DNA of 64,000 nucleotides from Octopus vulgaris (taxonomy: Eukaryota). Under the pieces are notes generated by a model. It searched no databases. It worked only from the letters and a program-made list of their open reading frames with translations, and was not told where the DNA came from. Positions within the stretch are counted from its first letter, which is position 1. Each line of letters starts with the position of its first letter. Where the stretch lies: the NCBI GenBank assembly GCA_951406725.2, contig OX597815.1:56482001-56546000 (forward strand), in the 5' to 3' direction. A program made the translations under genes and the position numbers. This document shows, in pieces, positions 34,569 through 48,430 of the stretch.

Positions 34569-37267
34569 ACATCAGAGGACTGCAAACACTCAGTAACAGG
34601 ACAAAAATCCCGTTCCTGAGAGACTTTGTTGCATGCAATCAAGCCTTATGCATAGCACTTACGGAAACGCACCTGAAACCGGACATAGCAGATGCGGAGT
34701 TACACATACCACAGTATGCTGTACTACGGACCGACAGAAAAGAAAGGAGTCATGGAGGTGTTGCTATGTACATCCGTGAGGACCTCACACCCCAGGTCCT
34801 CTTGTCATACTCAAACTCGGTGTGTGACACACTAATTGTACATATTAGGCAACTTGATGTAGTTGTGTGTGCTACATATCGCCCTCCAGATGCCCCAAGC
34901 CATGTGGGCAAGTTTGAAGACTGCCTTATAAAAATAGAAAAAGTTCTAACCACATTAGAACAACACATAAGTGTACTTCTTATGGGAGACTTCAATCTGC
35001 CCAATGTCAGATGGCCCGAGGGCCTTTCTCTCCCAGGAATGACAAGATGTGAACGAGGACAGGCGAGGTCCCTCCTGAACCTCATCAACACCCTGTACAT
35101 GGAGCAGGTAATACTCCAACCAACCAGGGCAGGTAACACACTGGATCTCTGCTTCACAAATGACATGGATCTCATCCATAATGTGAAAGTGACACCGACA
35201 CTACTCTCGGATCACAACATGATAGAGCTGACCATGTACGGGCCAAAAGAGAGCACGGACATGCAGCCTACAAGAAACCCTCAGAATCTTTCCAGCTTGA
35301 ACTACCATAAGGCAAACTGGAAACAAATTGAGAAAGAGATCCTCAAACAAAACTGGCCTAAATGTCTCTCCTCGCCAGACATCGACGTGAAACTTCAACA
35401 ATTCATGTCTGTAATGCAAGCCATATGCTACAAATGTGTCCCAGAGAGAAAGGCCACTGTACACAAGAACAAAATCCCCAGAGAGAGGAAAATTTTAATG
35501 AGACGGCGTACAAAATTTTCAAATCGCCTAAACAAACAGATTGAAAGCAGTGAAAAGTCCCGCCTAAAAATAAAACTGTTGGAAATCGAAAAATGTCTGC
35601 AACTCTCCCATGAAAAGAAAGAGCAGACAAAGAAGCCTGGGCTATAGACAACATAAAATCTAACCCCAGAGCTTTCTACAGGTATGCCAAAGAAACAGCT
35701 ACGGTGCACTGTAGAATAGGGCCACTCCTCGAAAAGGATGGCACACTTACAGGAAAACCAATGAGGGTAAGTGAAATACTGAATGAGCAATTCAAGAGTG
35801 TTTTCACTCCACCCCTTGGGCATCTCCAAATCACCAATCCAACTGACTTTTTTACCACTGCAGATATAAAATCAGAGGCGGCGACGATAGATTACATCGA
35901 TATAAAGGAAGACGATGTAATCAAGGCTATAGATGAAATGAAAACAGACTCAGCTACTGGCCCCGATGGATTCCCGGCAATCCTCCTAAAAGCATGTAAG
36001 AGAGTCCTAGCAAGACCACTGCAGTTCCTCTTTCAGAGCTTCCTTGCAGCTGGCAAACTTCCAAGAAAACTGAAGGAAGGTAAAATATGCCCCATTCATA
36101 AAGGAGGTAGCAGAGCGGAAGCCAAGAACTATAGACCTATCTCTCTGACCTCACACATCAGCAAGGTCATGGAACGAATAGTCAGAAGGAAGCTGATCAC
36201 CTTCCTTGAAGAGAATGACTTGCTGCCCGACACCCAACATGGTTTCCGACCAGGGAGAAGCTGTTTAACTCAGCTCCTACAACACTATGACTGGGTGCTG
36301 AAACGGCTGCTCAACCACTCAAATGTGGAAGTGATATATCTCGACTTTGCAAAGGCCTTTGATAAAGTCGATCATGGAATGATATGTCACAAACTGCGTG
36401 ATCTCAACATAGTTGGAAAACTGGGAGAATGGCTTCATGACTTTCTGAAAGATAGAAGTCAGGTGGTAGTAGCCAATGGGGCCACTTCCATTAACACGCA
36501 AATAGTGAGCGGTGTTCCGCAGGGCACTGTTCTGGGACCACTACTGTTCATAATGGCCCTCTCAGACATGCCCTCAGCCACGCAGAGAGCCACGATCACA
36601 AGTTATGCAGATGATACAAAAGTTTCACAGGCAATACAGAACCCTGAGGACACTAAACACCTGCAATGTGAGCTGGACAAAATATACAAGTGGGCTGAAA
36701 AGAATAGCATGCAGTTCAATGCTGAAAAGTTTCAAGCTCTATACTATCAGCATGCAAAACTAAATGCAATACCCAATGAATACACTGGACCCGGAGGAAT
36801 AGCAATCCCAGAGGCACAATCAGTGCGTGACCTAGGTATTTACATGAGTGATGACGCGACCTTTCGTGTACATGTTGCTAAATTGGCAATGAAATGTAGA
36901 CGACTGGCCGGATGGATCCTCAGAACCTTTAGAACAAGAGAACAAGAAACCATGATGGTCCTCTGGAGGACACTTGTCCTAAGCCACTTTGACTACTGCT
37001 CTCAGTTATGGTCACCATCCAGTGTCAAGTTGATCACAGAGCTCGAGGCGATCCAACGTAGCTACACGAAGAAGATAGCCTCTATGCAGAATGTAAGCTA
37101 CTGGGAAAGACTCAAGAGATTAAAACTATATTCCCTGGAGCGTAGGCGAGAAAGATATGCCATAATATACATCTGGAAGATCCTGGAGGGACGTGTCCTG
37201 AACTTTGGCATCGAGAGTTACGCAAATGCCAGAACTGGGCACCACTGCGTGGTGCCTAGGACTCCAA
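34556..37267 (+). CDS. LINE ORF2 (APE endonuclease + reverse transcriptase), single frameshift at ~35613-35616
   Basis: LLNIRGL, LTETHL, HGGV, YRPP, GDFN, LDL, SDH; NYRPISLTS, QHGFR, LDFAKAFD, GVPQGTVLGP, YADD (36604), SLERRR. Start codon uncertain (frame open from 34397). Confidence 0.9.
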
Positions 37268-37367
37268 NNNNNNNNNNNNNNNNNNNNNNNNNNNNNNNNN
37301 NNNNNNNNNNNNNNNNNNNNNNNNNNNNNNNNNNNNNNNNNNNNNNNNNNNNNNNNNNNNNNNNNNN
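37268..37367. other. Assembly gap (100 N)
   Basis: Run of N. Confidence 1.
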
Positions 37368-37376
37368 TTTCAATAA

Positions 37377-37737
37377 TAGAAATATTAAAATTACTAAGTC
37401 TCTATAAAAGAGATTACGGCAGCGTTTACTGGAAATTAATTGTTATCGCCATATTAATATGGCATTCTTATAGATATAAAAATAATCGTTGCCGCTGGTC
37501 AGCTCCATGAGGCCACTGCCATCAAGATAGCTATTGATACACGATCTGTATCCATTATAACCTTCGAACAAGGGAGGTCAGCCACTTCACACTGCCAGTC
37601 CGACAGCTACAGATATCTATAAGAATGCCATATTAATATGGCGATAATTAATTTCCAGTAAACGCTGCCGTAATCTCTTTTATAGAGACTTAGTAATTTT
37701 AATATTTCTAATATATATATGTGTTATATATATATAT

Positions 37738-37833
<96 letters not shown>

Positions 37834-37962
37834 ATATATATATATAACACATATATATATTAGAAATATTAAAATTACTAAGTCTCTATAAAAGAGATTA
37901 CGGCAGCGTTTACTGGAAATTAATTATCGCCATATTAATATGGCATTCTTATAGATATCTGT
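37377..37962. repeat. Three copies (+,-,+) of a ~100-bp unit; palindrome 37609-37962 centred on (TA)n
   Basis: tagaaatattaaaattactaagtctctataaaagagattacggcagcg.. at 37377 and 37861; reverse complement at 37613-37710. Confidence 0.92.
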
Positions 37963-38068
37963 GTGTTTTTATTGGCTAAACTGGCAATATGACCATTCCG
38001 AAATATAACAATATCTGTTTCAACACACGACTTCACATAAAAAATCTTGCACAACAAATATTTAAACG

Positions 38069-38106
<38 letters not shown>

Positions 38107-38229
38107 ATTATATATTATATAAAGAAAAACATATATATACATATAAATACATACACACACATATATACGTGCCTGCATATATACATACTCATATACAACT
38201 GAAAACAATCAGCAGTAGTTAGTTTCTTC

Positions 38230-39800
38230 ATGCTAATTGTTTTCTCACTGAAATTTGAAATGAGTCACCCAAAGTATCCAATTAGTCCAAGAAAGGATTG
38301 CAGTTCCTCTGTGTTTTGGCTGATTTAATGCCATAATTCTGTGAGTGAGTTCTTTTGTGGGTTTAATTCCTTCTGCTGATATCACGTAATCTAAAAATGT
38401 GATGCTTGTAGTCTTTTGAGCACATTTTTCTTTGTTGGCACTGACTTGTTTCTCACGTAATCCTCCAAGAATGGCACTTAAATGTTTATTCAGGCTCTCT
38501 CCTGTCTAAGCAAAATCAATTATATTGTCTTGGTAGGTGATGAAATTTCTTAGTCCCTTGAGCACTGCATTTTCTACAGCATGCTGAAAAATTGCAAAAC
38601 TATTTTTCATCCCCATCTGTTATCACATAACCAAGTATAACCTTCTTGTATTGATGGTGCAGAGCTTCTAACTATTTTTGAGCTCAATCTGCCAATATGT
38701 ATTGGTTAAGTCTGTCTTAGTGAAGAATCTTGCACCACTAAGCTTGCTGAATATTGTTTCTGTTTGTGGCAAAGGATAGGCTTCCTTGCATATTTTTTCA
38801 TTTTGGTGAACTTTGTAGTCAGGACACATATGCAACTGTCCATTTTACTTATTAACCCATGCGACTGGATAAGTATTGAATATGCCACCTGGAGCACATT
38901 TTTTAATTACACCTTAGGCTTCCAGTGCATCGATTTCTTTTGCTACATCTTCTTTGAGAGTAATAGGTATGCTTCTGGCAACAGAATTTATCAGAGACAT
39001 TAGGTTTTAATTTAAATGAAGCTGGCACTCCTTTTATTGTCAGCAGAAATTACTCAACACTGCTCTTTGTTCCAGCGTTGAGCAGGTCACGACCTAGTAG
39101 ACCATACCTGCAGTCACCTTTAATTATTTTTAAAATATGGAGGAATTACCAGCCTTCTCATTTCACCATAAAGCAAGCCTCCCCAATGCATTCTATCTGG
39201 TGCCCATTGTACGATTCATATGAAGAATGTTGCCATGTAATCGTCACGCTGATGTCTTTTGCTATTATGGATGAGATAATGCTGCAGGGAGCACCCATAT
39301 CATGCATCATGTCTATCATGTGTCCATTGAGTGAGACAGATTCAAACACAGGTTTTTCCAATGCATGACTGATAAGAGTCCTGATTCCATCCTGATGACT
39401 CATCCTATGATCATTCCTGGCACTTTTGCAAATTTTTGTACAGTGGCTTTCTTGCAACAGTTTTTGCAGATAGCTTTTATTGCAGGCCATTTGTGTTGTG
39501 GGAACCAGTGCTTTCCACAGTGGTAACAGGATTTGTCACTCAGATTTTTTCTTTTATCTTGTGTGGTCATTCTGGAATAGGCAATGACTTCCCATTTTGA
39601 ATTGTCACTGCAAAATTCAGATATTTACAAAGAACATTGTAAAAATTGTACTGTAACTTCTAAACTGAGTTCGTTAACTTCATTAGCTTATAGAAGTTTC
39701 CCTCTATCCTCACTGACAATCAACTGAGACAGTAGGAGTTTTTCCCTCACTGACATTTTAGATGTTTTCAGACTTTCAAAATTGCAGTATTCACTGGTAT
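38230..39800 (-). mobile_element. Ty3/Gypsy gag-protease-RT remnant
   Basis: Minus strand: EYCNFESLK (gag), CYHCGK zinc knuckle, LNGHMIDMMHDMGAPCSIIS (aspartic protease), MGMKNS..FQ and YQDNI (RT), ANKEKC..ITFL. Confidence 0.75.
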
Positions 39801-39854
39801 GTCACAGATTTGAAATAAATTAAGAAATTGACTCATTAAGTTGTTGAATTTCAC

Positions 39855-42800
39855 CATCATCATTGGGGAATGCAGTGAGTGGTGAAGACCTGAGTATATG
39901 GTGGTGGTGGTGGTGGGGGGGAGGGGCTTCTGGATAACAATGATACAGAGAAACGGCTGTGAGGACAGGATTGGAGAGTGAAAGGTAAACATAGAGTATG
40001 AAGGAGGAAATATGAAGAAGAGAAGAGATGAGATGTAGAGATGTAGTTTGGTTTGTGTAACACAGATCGGGGGCCACTGGATAGCAATGATACAGTGAAA
40101 CAGGGCTAAGAGGATAGGATTGAAGAGTGAGAGGTAAGCAAAGTGCATGAAAGAGGATATGTGAGGAAGAGAAGAGATGTAGTTTGCTTTGTTGGGGTAG
40201 GGTGTGAGAAAGGTTTTCTTGTTACAAGTGGATGGAACACACAGTGGGTGGGTCTTCTCAAGAACCTTATATCACTAGACATCTTGGTCCATTGTAATAT
40301 CCCTCCATTAGGCCCAACATCCTGAGATTGGTCCTTACCACTTCGTCCCATTCTTCCTGGGTCTACCTCTTCTATGGGTACTATCTACTTCCAGTGATTG
40401 GCACTTCTTTATGCAGCTATCCTCATCATATGTCCAAACTAATGTAATCTCTCTTGCGTACTGCATTTGATTCCTCTTATGCCCCAATTTTTTCTCAATA
40501 CAGTTGCACTTTATCATACATACACACTGATGTTGCACCTCCAGTGGGGCATACTGCTTTCATTTCTCTCCAGTCTACACGTCTTCTGCATTCAGAGCCC
40601 ATGTCTCACTACCATGGAGTATAGCTGTTCACACACAAACATCATACAGTCTACCTTTCACTCTGAGAGAGAGTCCTTTTGTTGCCAACAGAAGTAATAG
40701 CTCTCTGAACTTCTTCCATCCTATTATTATTCTAGAAACAGTACTTTCAGAGCAGCCTCCACCATTGCTAATTTTGTCACCTAGGTAACAAAAACTAGCT
40801 ACAACCTCAAGAGAGCTTCCTGGGCATTTGAAGGAATCTGTACTATTAGTGCTTATTTTTCCCGCACATCTGCCACATACAAAGATGACTTTATCTATTA
40901 ATCTACCTGCGATTCCACTGCACCTCTTATGTGTCCATAGCTTACACTGAGTGCAGTGAATGGAAATTTTTACCAACTCCTTTCCTACATATTGAGCAGG
41001 GCCATTTACCTGATGAAAAGAGAGTTTTATCTTCTTTCTTGCTAACAACTTTAGTCTTTGCTAGGTTAACTTTAAGAACTTTGATTTCAAGTTTTGTTTC
41101 CATACCTGGAATTTCTTCTCTAATTCCACTAAAAATTCTGCAATAAGAGTGAGGTCATCAACATGTAGTAATTCCAATGGGCATCCAGTTTTGGATTCCT
41201 CTGTTATGGCCTGGAGAACTACAATGAATAAAAGTGAACTGAGGGCTGAGCATCTGTGAACCCCTACTTGTATACTAAATTCATCATTGTATTCCTTGCC
41301 AACTCTCACCTTACTGACAGCACCACCATACATGGTCTGTACAGCTCTAATAAGCCACTCTTCTACTCCTAGCTTCCTTAGAGACCACCAGATAACAGGG
41401 AACTCTGTTGAAAGCTTTCTCCAGTTTGACAAAAGCTAACTACAATGGCTCACTTTTGGCAGAGTACTTTTCTTACAGCTATCTCACTAGGAAGATGGCA
41501 TCTGTGGTACTCTTCCTAGATACAAAACCAAACTACATCTCATCTGGTTTAATTTTACTCCTAATCAATTGAGCTTTCAATGACTTTCATGACCTGGTTC
41601 AGCAGTTTGATACCTCTGTAGTTTCTATCTAAGGTATCACCTTTACTCTTGTAGCAGCTAACTATAATACTACTACACCAGTCATTGGGGAGGGCACCTT
41701 GCTGAATAACCCGATTAACTCTGTGGGTGGCTAAGCTGTATCCTACATCTGTATTCATCATCTCATCAGTGATTCTTGATGACCCAGGAGCTTTCTCTGT
41801 TTTCATATCCTTAATTGCTTTATCTATTATGCTGCTATCAACTCTGATGGCTGGCCCCTCAATTGCTTTGATATTTGGGAGACTCTCTTCTCCCATTCAT
41901 TTTCTACATTTAGTAACCTTTCATAGTGACACTTCCATGCATCTTTCTTCTCTGAGTCACTAAGTGCAAGTATACCATTATTCATTTGCATACATTTCTC
42001 ACCCACCAGGATTGCTTTGCAATCCTGAACACCTCATGCCTCTGGATCCTCATGCTGTAGACCATCTGCAAATTTTTTACCTTCTTTTTTACCTTTTGCT
42101 ATGTAAACCTATTGCCTAGCTGCTCTTCTAGCTACCTGATATAATTCTCTGCTTTCAATGTTTTTCCAGTCTTTCCACTTTGCTTTTATAGCACTGCCTA
42201 CCTCCTTGTTCCACCACCATATTTCCTTTGGCTTAGCAGGAACTCTGCACCAATCACAGATTTCATCTATAGCCCTCAGTAGATTGCTCTGCAGGAACTT
42301 CTAATTTCCTCTAAGCTATATATCACCAACTATTCCTCTCTTTTGTCAGAAGTTTCCATTAGCAAATCTCTAAATTTCTGTCTGTTTGCTGCATCTTTGA
42401 GCTTTCGTAGTCTTCTTTTCCAGATTGGTTTATTTCTCCAAGTCTTTCAAGCTCCAATTTTGAAGTCACTAACTAGTAACCTACGTTGGGTTGTACACTT
42501 TTCACCTGGGAAAGACTTTGTTTTTGTAAGCATCCATCTATCTTGTTGCCTGGTGAGGAGGTAGTCAATCTAGCTTATGTGCTCACCAGACTAATAAGTG
42601 ATTAGATGGCTGGCTGGTTTTTTGAAGTTAGTGTTGCAGATCATGAGATCATTTGTATCAAAGGAATCCATCATTATTCCCTCCTCATTTCTAGGTCCAA
42701 AATCATAGCCTCCATGCACTCCCTGGAATCTATGTGGCACTGTCCAACATGTCCATTGAAGTCACCAGCCACAATAATAAAGTCTCTGTCATTTGTTATT

Positions 42801-43400
42801 GAGGTGGTCTGCAAAAGGATCTCATAGAATCGGTCCTTCTGCTCTTCAGTCAGCCCAGACTGAGGAGCGTAGGTAGAGATAAATGTAACTTAATTTACCT
42901 ATGATAAGTCTCATCTTAATTACCCTATCACATACTCTAACTACCTAAATTACCTTATCTCCCCACTTTGCTGCTAACAGTATACCTACACCATCCACTC
43001 CATCCCTCCTGCCTACCCAAAAGAATTTGAATCTGTCTCTTACCCATGTGGAATGTAGCTGAGGTTTTCCTCTATCATGCACACCACAGACAATAACATG
43101 GCATCGCTCCAACATTTCAATAATCTCCCCACTCCTTCCTTTCATTGTGCCAACATTTATGGTATCAGCCCTGTGATTGTGTACTTGGGAGTGACGACAG
43201 GAAGGCAGTTGTGGAACTTTTGTCATTACCTGAAAAGAAGATCTGCACAAACACTTGTCAGCTAGTATAGAGCTTTGATACCTAGTTTATTCAGTGAATT
43301 ACAATGAATCAGTTTCCCCGTTCAATACAATATCCAGAACAGGAGCCAACAAGAAATGAAGAGGTTATGAGAATAGGGAATGTAAGTTGACCTGAAAGAG
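39855..43400 (-). mobile_element. Older near full-length RTE-clade LINE, decayed
   Basis: INVGTMKGRSGEIIEMLER, GDFNGHVG, KAPG, WWSLRKLG, HVDD, GLSLRVKGRLY, RGRPRK; catcatcat tail at ~39855. Confidence 0.9.
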
Positions 43401-43651
43401 AGGAAAGGGTGACTACATAGGATGGTTTAAATATTGTATATCTAAATGTTTATATATGAGGTACCTTTAACTGTATACGACACTCATCTGAGTGCCTGCA
43501 TGAAGGTATAAGGTATAAGTAAAATATGTACTCCCATACACAGCACAAAAGGATTATATGAGTCACCATTGAAACAATTCATGTATGAATTAAGATGATG
43601 GTGGTGGGGAAGGGTGGATGAACATAATAAGTGTGCAAAAAAATGGATGCC

Positions 43652-44128
43652 ATGCACAGACCTTGTGCAAGCAAGATCAATCCCCACACAGGTAGATGAG
43701 CTTAGGAGAAAAGTCGTAGTATTTAACTATTATTATCATCATTTACTACTAAGACTAAATTAACTTACATGTACATTTTAATCAGCAAATTTATAGTATA
43801 AACATTTTGCAACGAGAAGAGGAAGCTAACTGAAATTGAAATGAAATACATGTGACCTTTACAAATGAGATAGTGAAAGGAGGAGGAAACCTAGATTCAT
43901 TGACTAAGTCACATTTCAATAATAATAAAAACTTAGCTGCTTGATTCAAGAGAGATCGAGCTGTTGTTTCATGAATGTCATAGCAAATAAAGGGAATGAT
44001 ATTAGGGAAACTATTCTTAAATATATGAAGGACGCTGTGCACAAACCTTGTGCAAATGAAGTTTAATCCCCACATAGGTAGACAGGCTTAGGAGAAAAGT
44101 CATAGTATTTAACTATCATCATCATCCT
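43652..44128 (+). repeat. Two ~90-bp direct repeats ending in (TCA)/(TTA) tails
   Basis: tgcaca.accttgtgcaa..aatccccaca.aggtaga..gcttaggagaaaagtc.tagtatttaactat at ~43652 and ~44038. Confidence 0.75.
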
Positions 44129-45247
44129 TAATTATTAATGTGGAGAAGAATTTTGTTCTTTCGGCTGCAGTTTCTTTGAAAGAGCAACATGATTTAGAAT
44201 TGAATTATTTAGGTCCATTGTAGGTCATTTTCATGATATTATGTGAGATATTAATATCTAGGATAATTTTTAATGCTTGTATTCCTACAAAAGAAACGAA
44301 TTTCATAGCCAAAGGACTTTGATCATGATCGTTATCCTTTAATTCATCCACATAAGCTTTTGCTTTGAATGCCATGAGACGTCTTTGATTGACTGTAAGT
44401 TTATGTCACCAAGAGATTTTCCTTCAGTGATGCCATTGTCAAGTTTTGTGATTTGCTTATTTCATAAGCACCGGTATAGGAACAAGGATCAAATAACCAT
44501 AAACTGTGAATTTCTATATTGCTGTAGCAGTAGCACAACCAACAGCAGAATGTATGAGAAGGGGTAACAACATCAACCGTGACTTTGTAGCAATGGAATT
44601 AATTGTGTGTCCCTGTTTATTTTAATCGCAATATATATAGAAAAAAACCCAGACAAGTTCACATAAAACTGGTGCATACCATGTGACTGGCAGTTTTTAA
44701 TTATTTAAACAAATGTACAGTATTTGTTATATATTCATTAGGAATTCAGTACTCAGCACTTATCAACTTTATGTAGTTTCCATCCTTCTTTAGCCTGTGT
44801 AATAAAGCGGTAATCACTTTTCAGAAGAACAATTATTTACTTTGTTGCAATAAGTGAATATGGCAAATATGTTCTTAAATAAGATGCTAATCTTCTGGAG
44901 GTAATTTTTCCAGAAGGTATTTACTATCAAATTTGAAGATGCCACCATAAAAGAAATAGAAGCTAAGTTTTTCTCAAAACATAACTTCTGTCTTAAAAAG
45001 GTAAAGCACATTAGATTATATAATCTGGGATACATTGTCTCTAAAGAAAAGTTGGGCTATTTCGTCTGACTTTTCTTTGAACACAGGTCTGCTCAGTTGG
45101 CTGATATAGAGCTAAACAACTTGGTGCACAGAAATAAGAATCTTTCTCAGAAATGTTACAAAATGCCTGCAGTAGAAAATGAATTTGCAGTCCAGTACAG
45201 ACTCAGTTTGATCACTTTATCTCTTGTAATACTTCCTTATAGATTTA

Positions 45248-46640
45248 ATTACCCTGTGCACATAAGCAAAAGAAGGGTATTGTAATCACTCGTCTTTGTC
45301 TGTGTGTTTGCAAAATTACTGGAAAACGGCTGAACAGATTTTCACCATTGGGTAAGTAGCTCGAAATGATGAACATTCGGTTTGATTATCTTCAAACATA
45401 CATAAATACATGCATAGATATGCAACTGTGCATGTGCATACAGTAATGGATTTGAGGGTTTCATTTATTTAGGAGTTGATTTCTTAATTTTACCAGAGTA
45501 TGAATTAATTCAGTTCAATTAAAAAGCATGGATATGCAACATATTATAAGCCACACTATAATTTGTGAAAAAAATTTATCTGTGCACAGGGTATGCATTG
45601 CCCCACTGATGCCTTTTTTTTCCATTATGAAAAATATCTTATCCTTACATACACCTAGAGTCACTATTTAATTCTAAATTCTTTTCTCTTACATATTTTA
45701 TTTTGGTTATGACAGAAATGTAAAGCAAAACAGAATTTTGCAGTAGTAAAATAAAATTAACAAAACAAGTGTTATAATGATGAAGCACTTCTCAAATTTT
45801 ATGCAATATTTTGTATAAATATTTCATTTTGTTCACTTTCTTTTTCATATGAATCAGCCCTCATCTGTGTGTGTATAGATCATGGTGTACCTATGTGTGT
45901 AGATATGTGTCGGTATATACATAGATATGTGACTGTGTGTGCACAGTGATGGATTTGAGGATTTCATTTGTTTACGAGTTGATTTCTTAATTTCACCTAT
46001 AATGGCAATATTTATATTAAAAATTTTTTTTTATAATTGAACTTATAAGTTTGCCGATAAGCAAGTACTCATATTACTTATATCCTACAATGAACTACAG
46101 TATGTTTGATTCACCAGCCATGATTGAGAGGCACTGAAAACACTTAAATTCTATGTAATATTTTCTATAACCATTTCATTTTGTTCACTTTCTTTTTCAT
46201 ATAGATTGACCCTTGTCTGTGTACCTATGCATGTAGACATGTGTGAGTACATATATACATAGATATGCGACTATGTGCATGTGTACAGTGATGGATTCGA
46301 TGATTTCATTTAATTATGAGCTGATTTCTTAATTTCACTGGAGTATAAATACCTATAATGTTGATACTTTAAAAAAAAAATTTAGTTCAATCAAAAAGCA
46401 TGGGTAAGCAACACATTGCATACCACACTATAATTTGTGAAAAAATTTATCTGTGCACAGGGTATGCATTGCCACTGATGCCTTTTTTTTTTCATTATGA
46501 GATGCATCTTATCCTTACATACACTTAGAGTCACTATTTAGTTCTGAATTCTTTTCTTTTACATATTTTAATTTGGTTACAACAGAAATGTAAAGCAAAA
46601 CAGAATTTTGCAGTAGTAAAATAAAATTAACAAAACAAAT
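45248..46640 (+). mobile_element. Helentron-associated (HINE/DINE-1-like) element with tandemly duplicated segments
   Basis: Subterminal IR taccctgtgcaca (45250) / tgtgcacagggta (45581 and 46452), short 5' IR agggta, 3' stem-loop then T-run, gtctgtgtg microsatellite; block order X-Y-Z-X-Z-X-Y. Confidence 0.7.
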
Positions 46641-47307
46641 CTGTTTCAGTACAGCACCTAAAAACAAAATATAATCCTGATAAAACTGCTTTATATAAGT
46701 ATTGTTGTTATTATGTAGCACCAAGTTGGCTGTCGTTGGTAGGTCTGTAATCAAAAACACTCTATCCATGACCATCTTGCCTTTTCCCTAACCACTGTGT
46801 GCAAATTACCTCCTTCCTATCAGTTCAACAAGGCCCATTTGTACACAAATGGATCTAACCTTCATTTTTCCTAACATTTCTTCACCCATGTGTACAACCT
46901 CATGTGAATATGTACACTGACTCCATGAAAAAAGACTTCTAAAACACCCTCCAACAGGTTTGTGTTTGTCATATCCCCTCAAAAGACAATGAAACAATCA
47001 TTATGCACAATAAGAAAACCTTATTGCATCCTTGTAGCAAAGCTCATGATCACTACAAACATTATGTGTCAGCATTGCTCCCACATTTGAGACATACACA
47101 CACATTCTCCAGCACATATATAAAGAAAGGCCACTTGACCAATATTCTTGAAGTTACTAACATATTCTAACCTCTTGCATTCAGGCATGCTTCACCTCTC
47201 TCTTGTCTAAAGTGAACTCTGCTACTTAGAGCTAGTTGTCTTTCCTTATCATCACCCATATGATGGTCCACTCTACCAAGTCCTACATTAATGAATGCTA
47301 GTATTCT

Positions 47308-47362
47308 TTTATTCTTTTACTTGTTCTGTCATTTGACTGCGGCCATGTTGGAGCACTGCCTT
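47308..47362 (-). mobile_element. SINE 3'-tail fragment
   Basis: ttttacttgtt..gtcatttgactgcggccatgttggagcactgcc. Confidence 0.75.
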
Positions 47363-48430
47363 ATTATTTTTCCTCCAGAATGTTGCCCCTCTGGAAATCC
47401 TTCCATGCTCATGTTTTTACTACAGTCATTGAATTGTAACTAATGCTGATTTCATTGATCTCATTGGTTTTGTGAAGGTAATAGCTGTAGTTTCTCTTTT
47501 TACAGACCAAATCAATAAAGAAAAACACTGCATTATCCGATGTGTCCTTCTTTTACAAAATGGTTGAGTATGATTTGAGGAAGGCAGGAATGGTATTTTC
47601 AACACATCAAATTACTGCAGAGAAACTCCATCATTGGCTTATTTATAAGTTTGGTTTATTATCACCATACAAAACTGAAATAAATATAAAGTTGCAAAAC
47701 TGAATTCAAATTTGTGAAGTTGATTATATATAAAAATATATGCACTGAAAAGTAATATTTTAAAACCATTTATAAGTATATATTTTATAATATGGAAAAA
47801 TAACCATTATACAGTACTGTTCAAACATGCTTCAAGTTACATTAGTGATTTTACTAAAGTAATTCTGTATCTGATTGTAAATAAATTATGCTTATTGCTT
47901 ATGTAGTACCTCTGATTTGAAGAGGCTCAAAAGAATCAGTTAAGGGAGATAACTTTCATCCCATCAAGTGCAGTGAAATAATCAATAGTCTTCAGTTTAT
48001 TAATTATAAGTTCTTGAGTAATCAGCAGAAAACGTGCAATTGTATTGTGGTTACTGTAACCAAACTCATATAGACAATTGTATTTACTTTTGCCATTTTA
48101 TTATTTTGTAATAATAAAATATATTATTTTAAAAAATTTCATCATACATCTGTGATCCAGTCACTGATATTTTACCTTCCTGTATTCTTATGAAAATGAT
48201 AATAATTTTTAGGGAAAATTGAGTAAGAAAATCAAGTAATTTACCTGTCTGAAATCAGTCAGTACCTTTTATCTATAAATGTTTATATAGAGGTGGCAGA
48301 AAGGGTGAAATGCCCCACATTTTGAGTTCATATACTTGGAATACGGAGGGCAGTAAAAATCAGGTTTTACTTTGCTTTTCTTCCTTTGAAGATAATAAAG
48401 TAAGTTCATATTTTAGAATTTAATTCAGTA

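Larger units (their letters stand above)
32600..37267 (+). mobile_element. CR1/L2-group LINE copy B, nearly intact, 3' end lost in assembly gap
   Basis: Intact ORF1, ORF2 with one 1-nt deletion, CpGs retained; homologous to copy A; 5' end approximate. Confidence 0.93.

Noticed and set aside
47900-48070. Possible additional host exon
   Set aside because: The frames examined on both strands hit stops and no convincing acceptor/donor pair was found.
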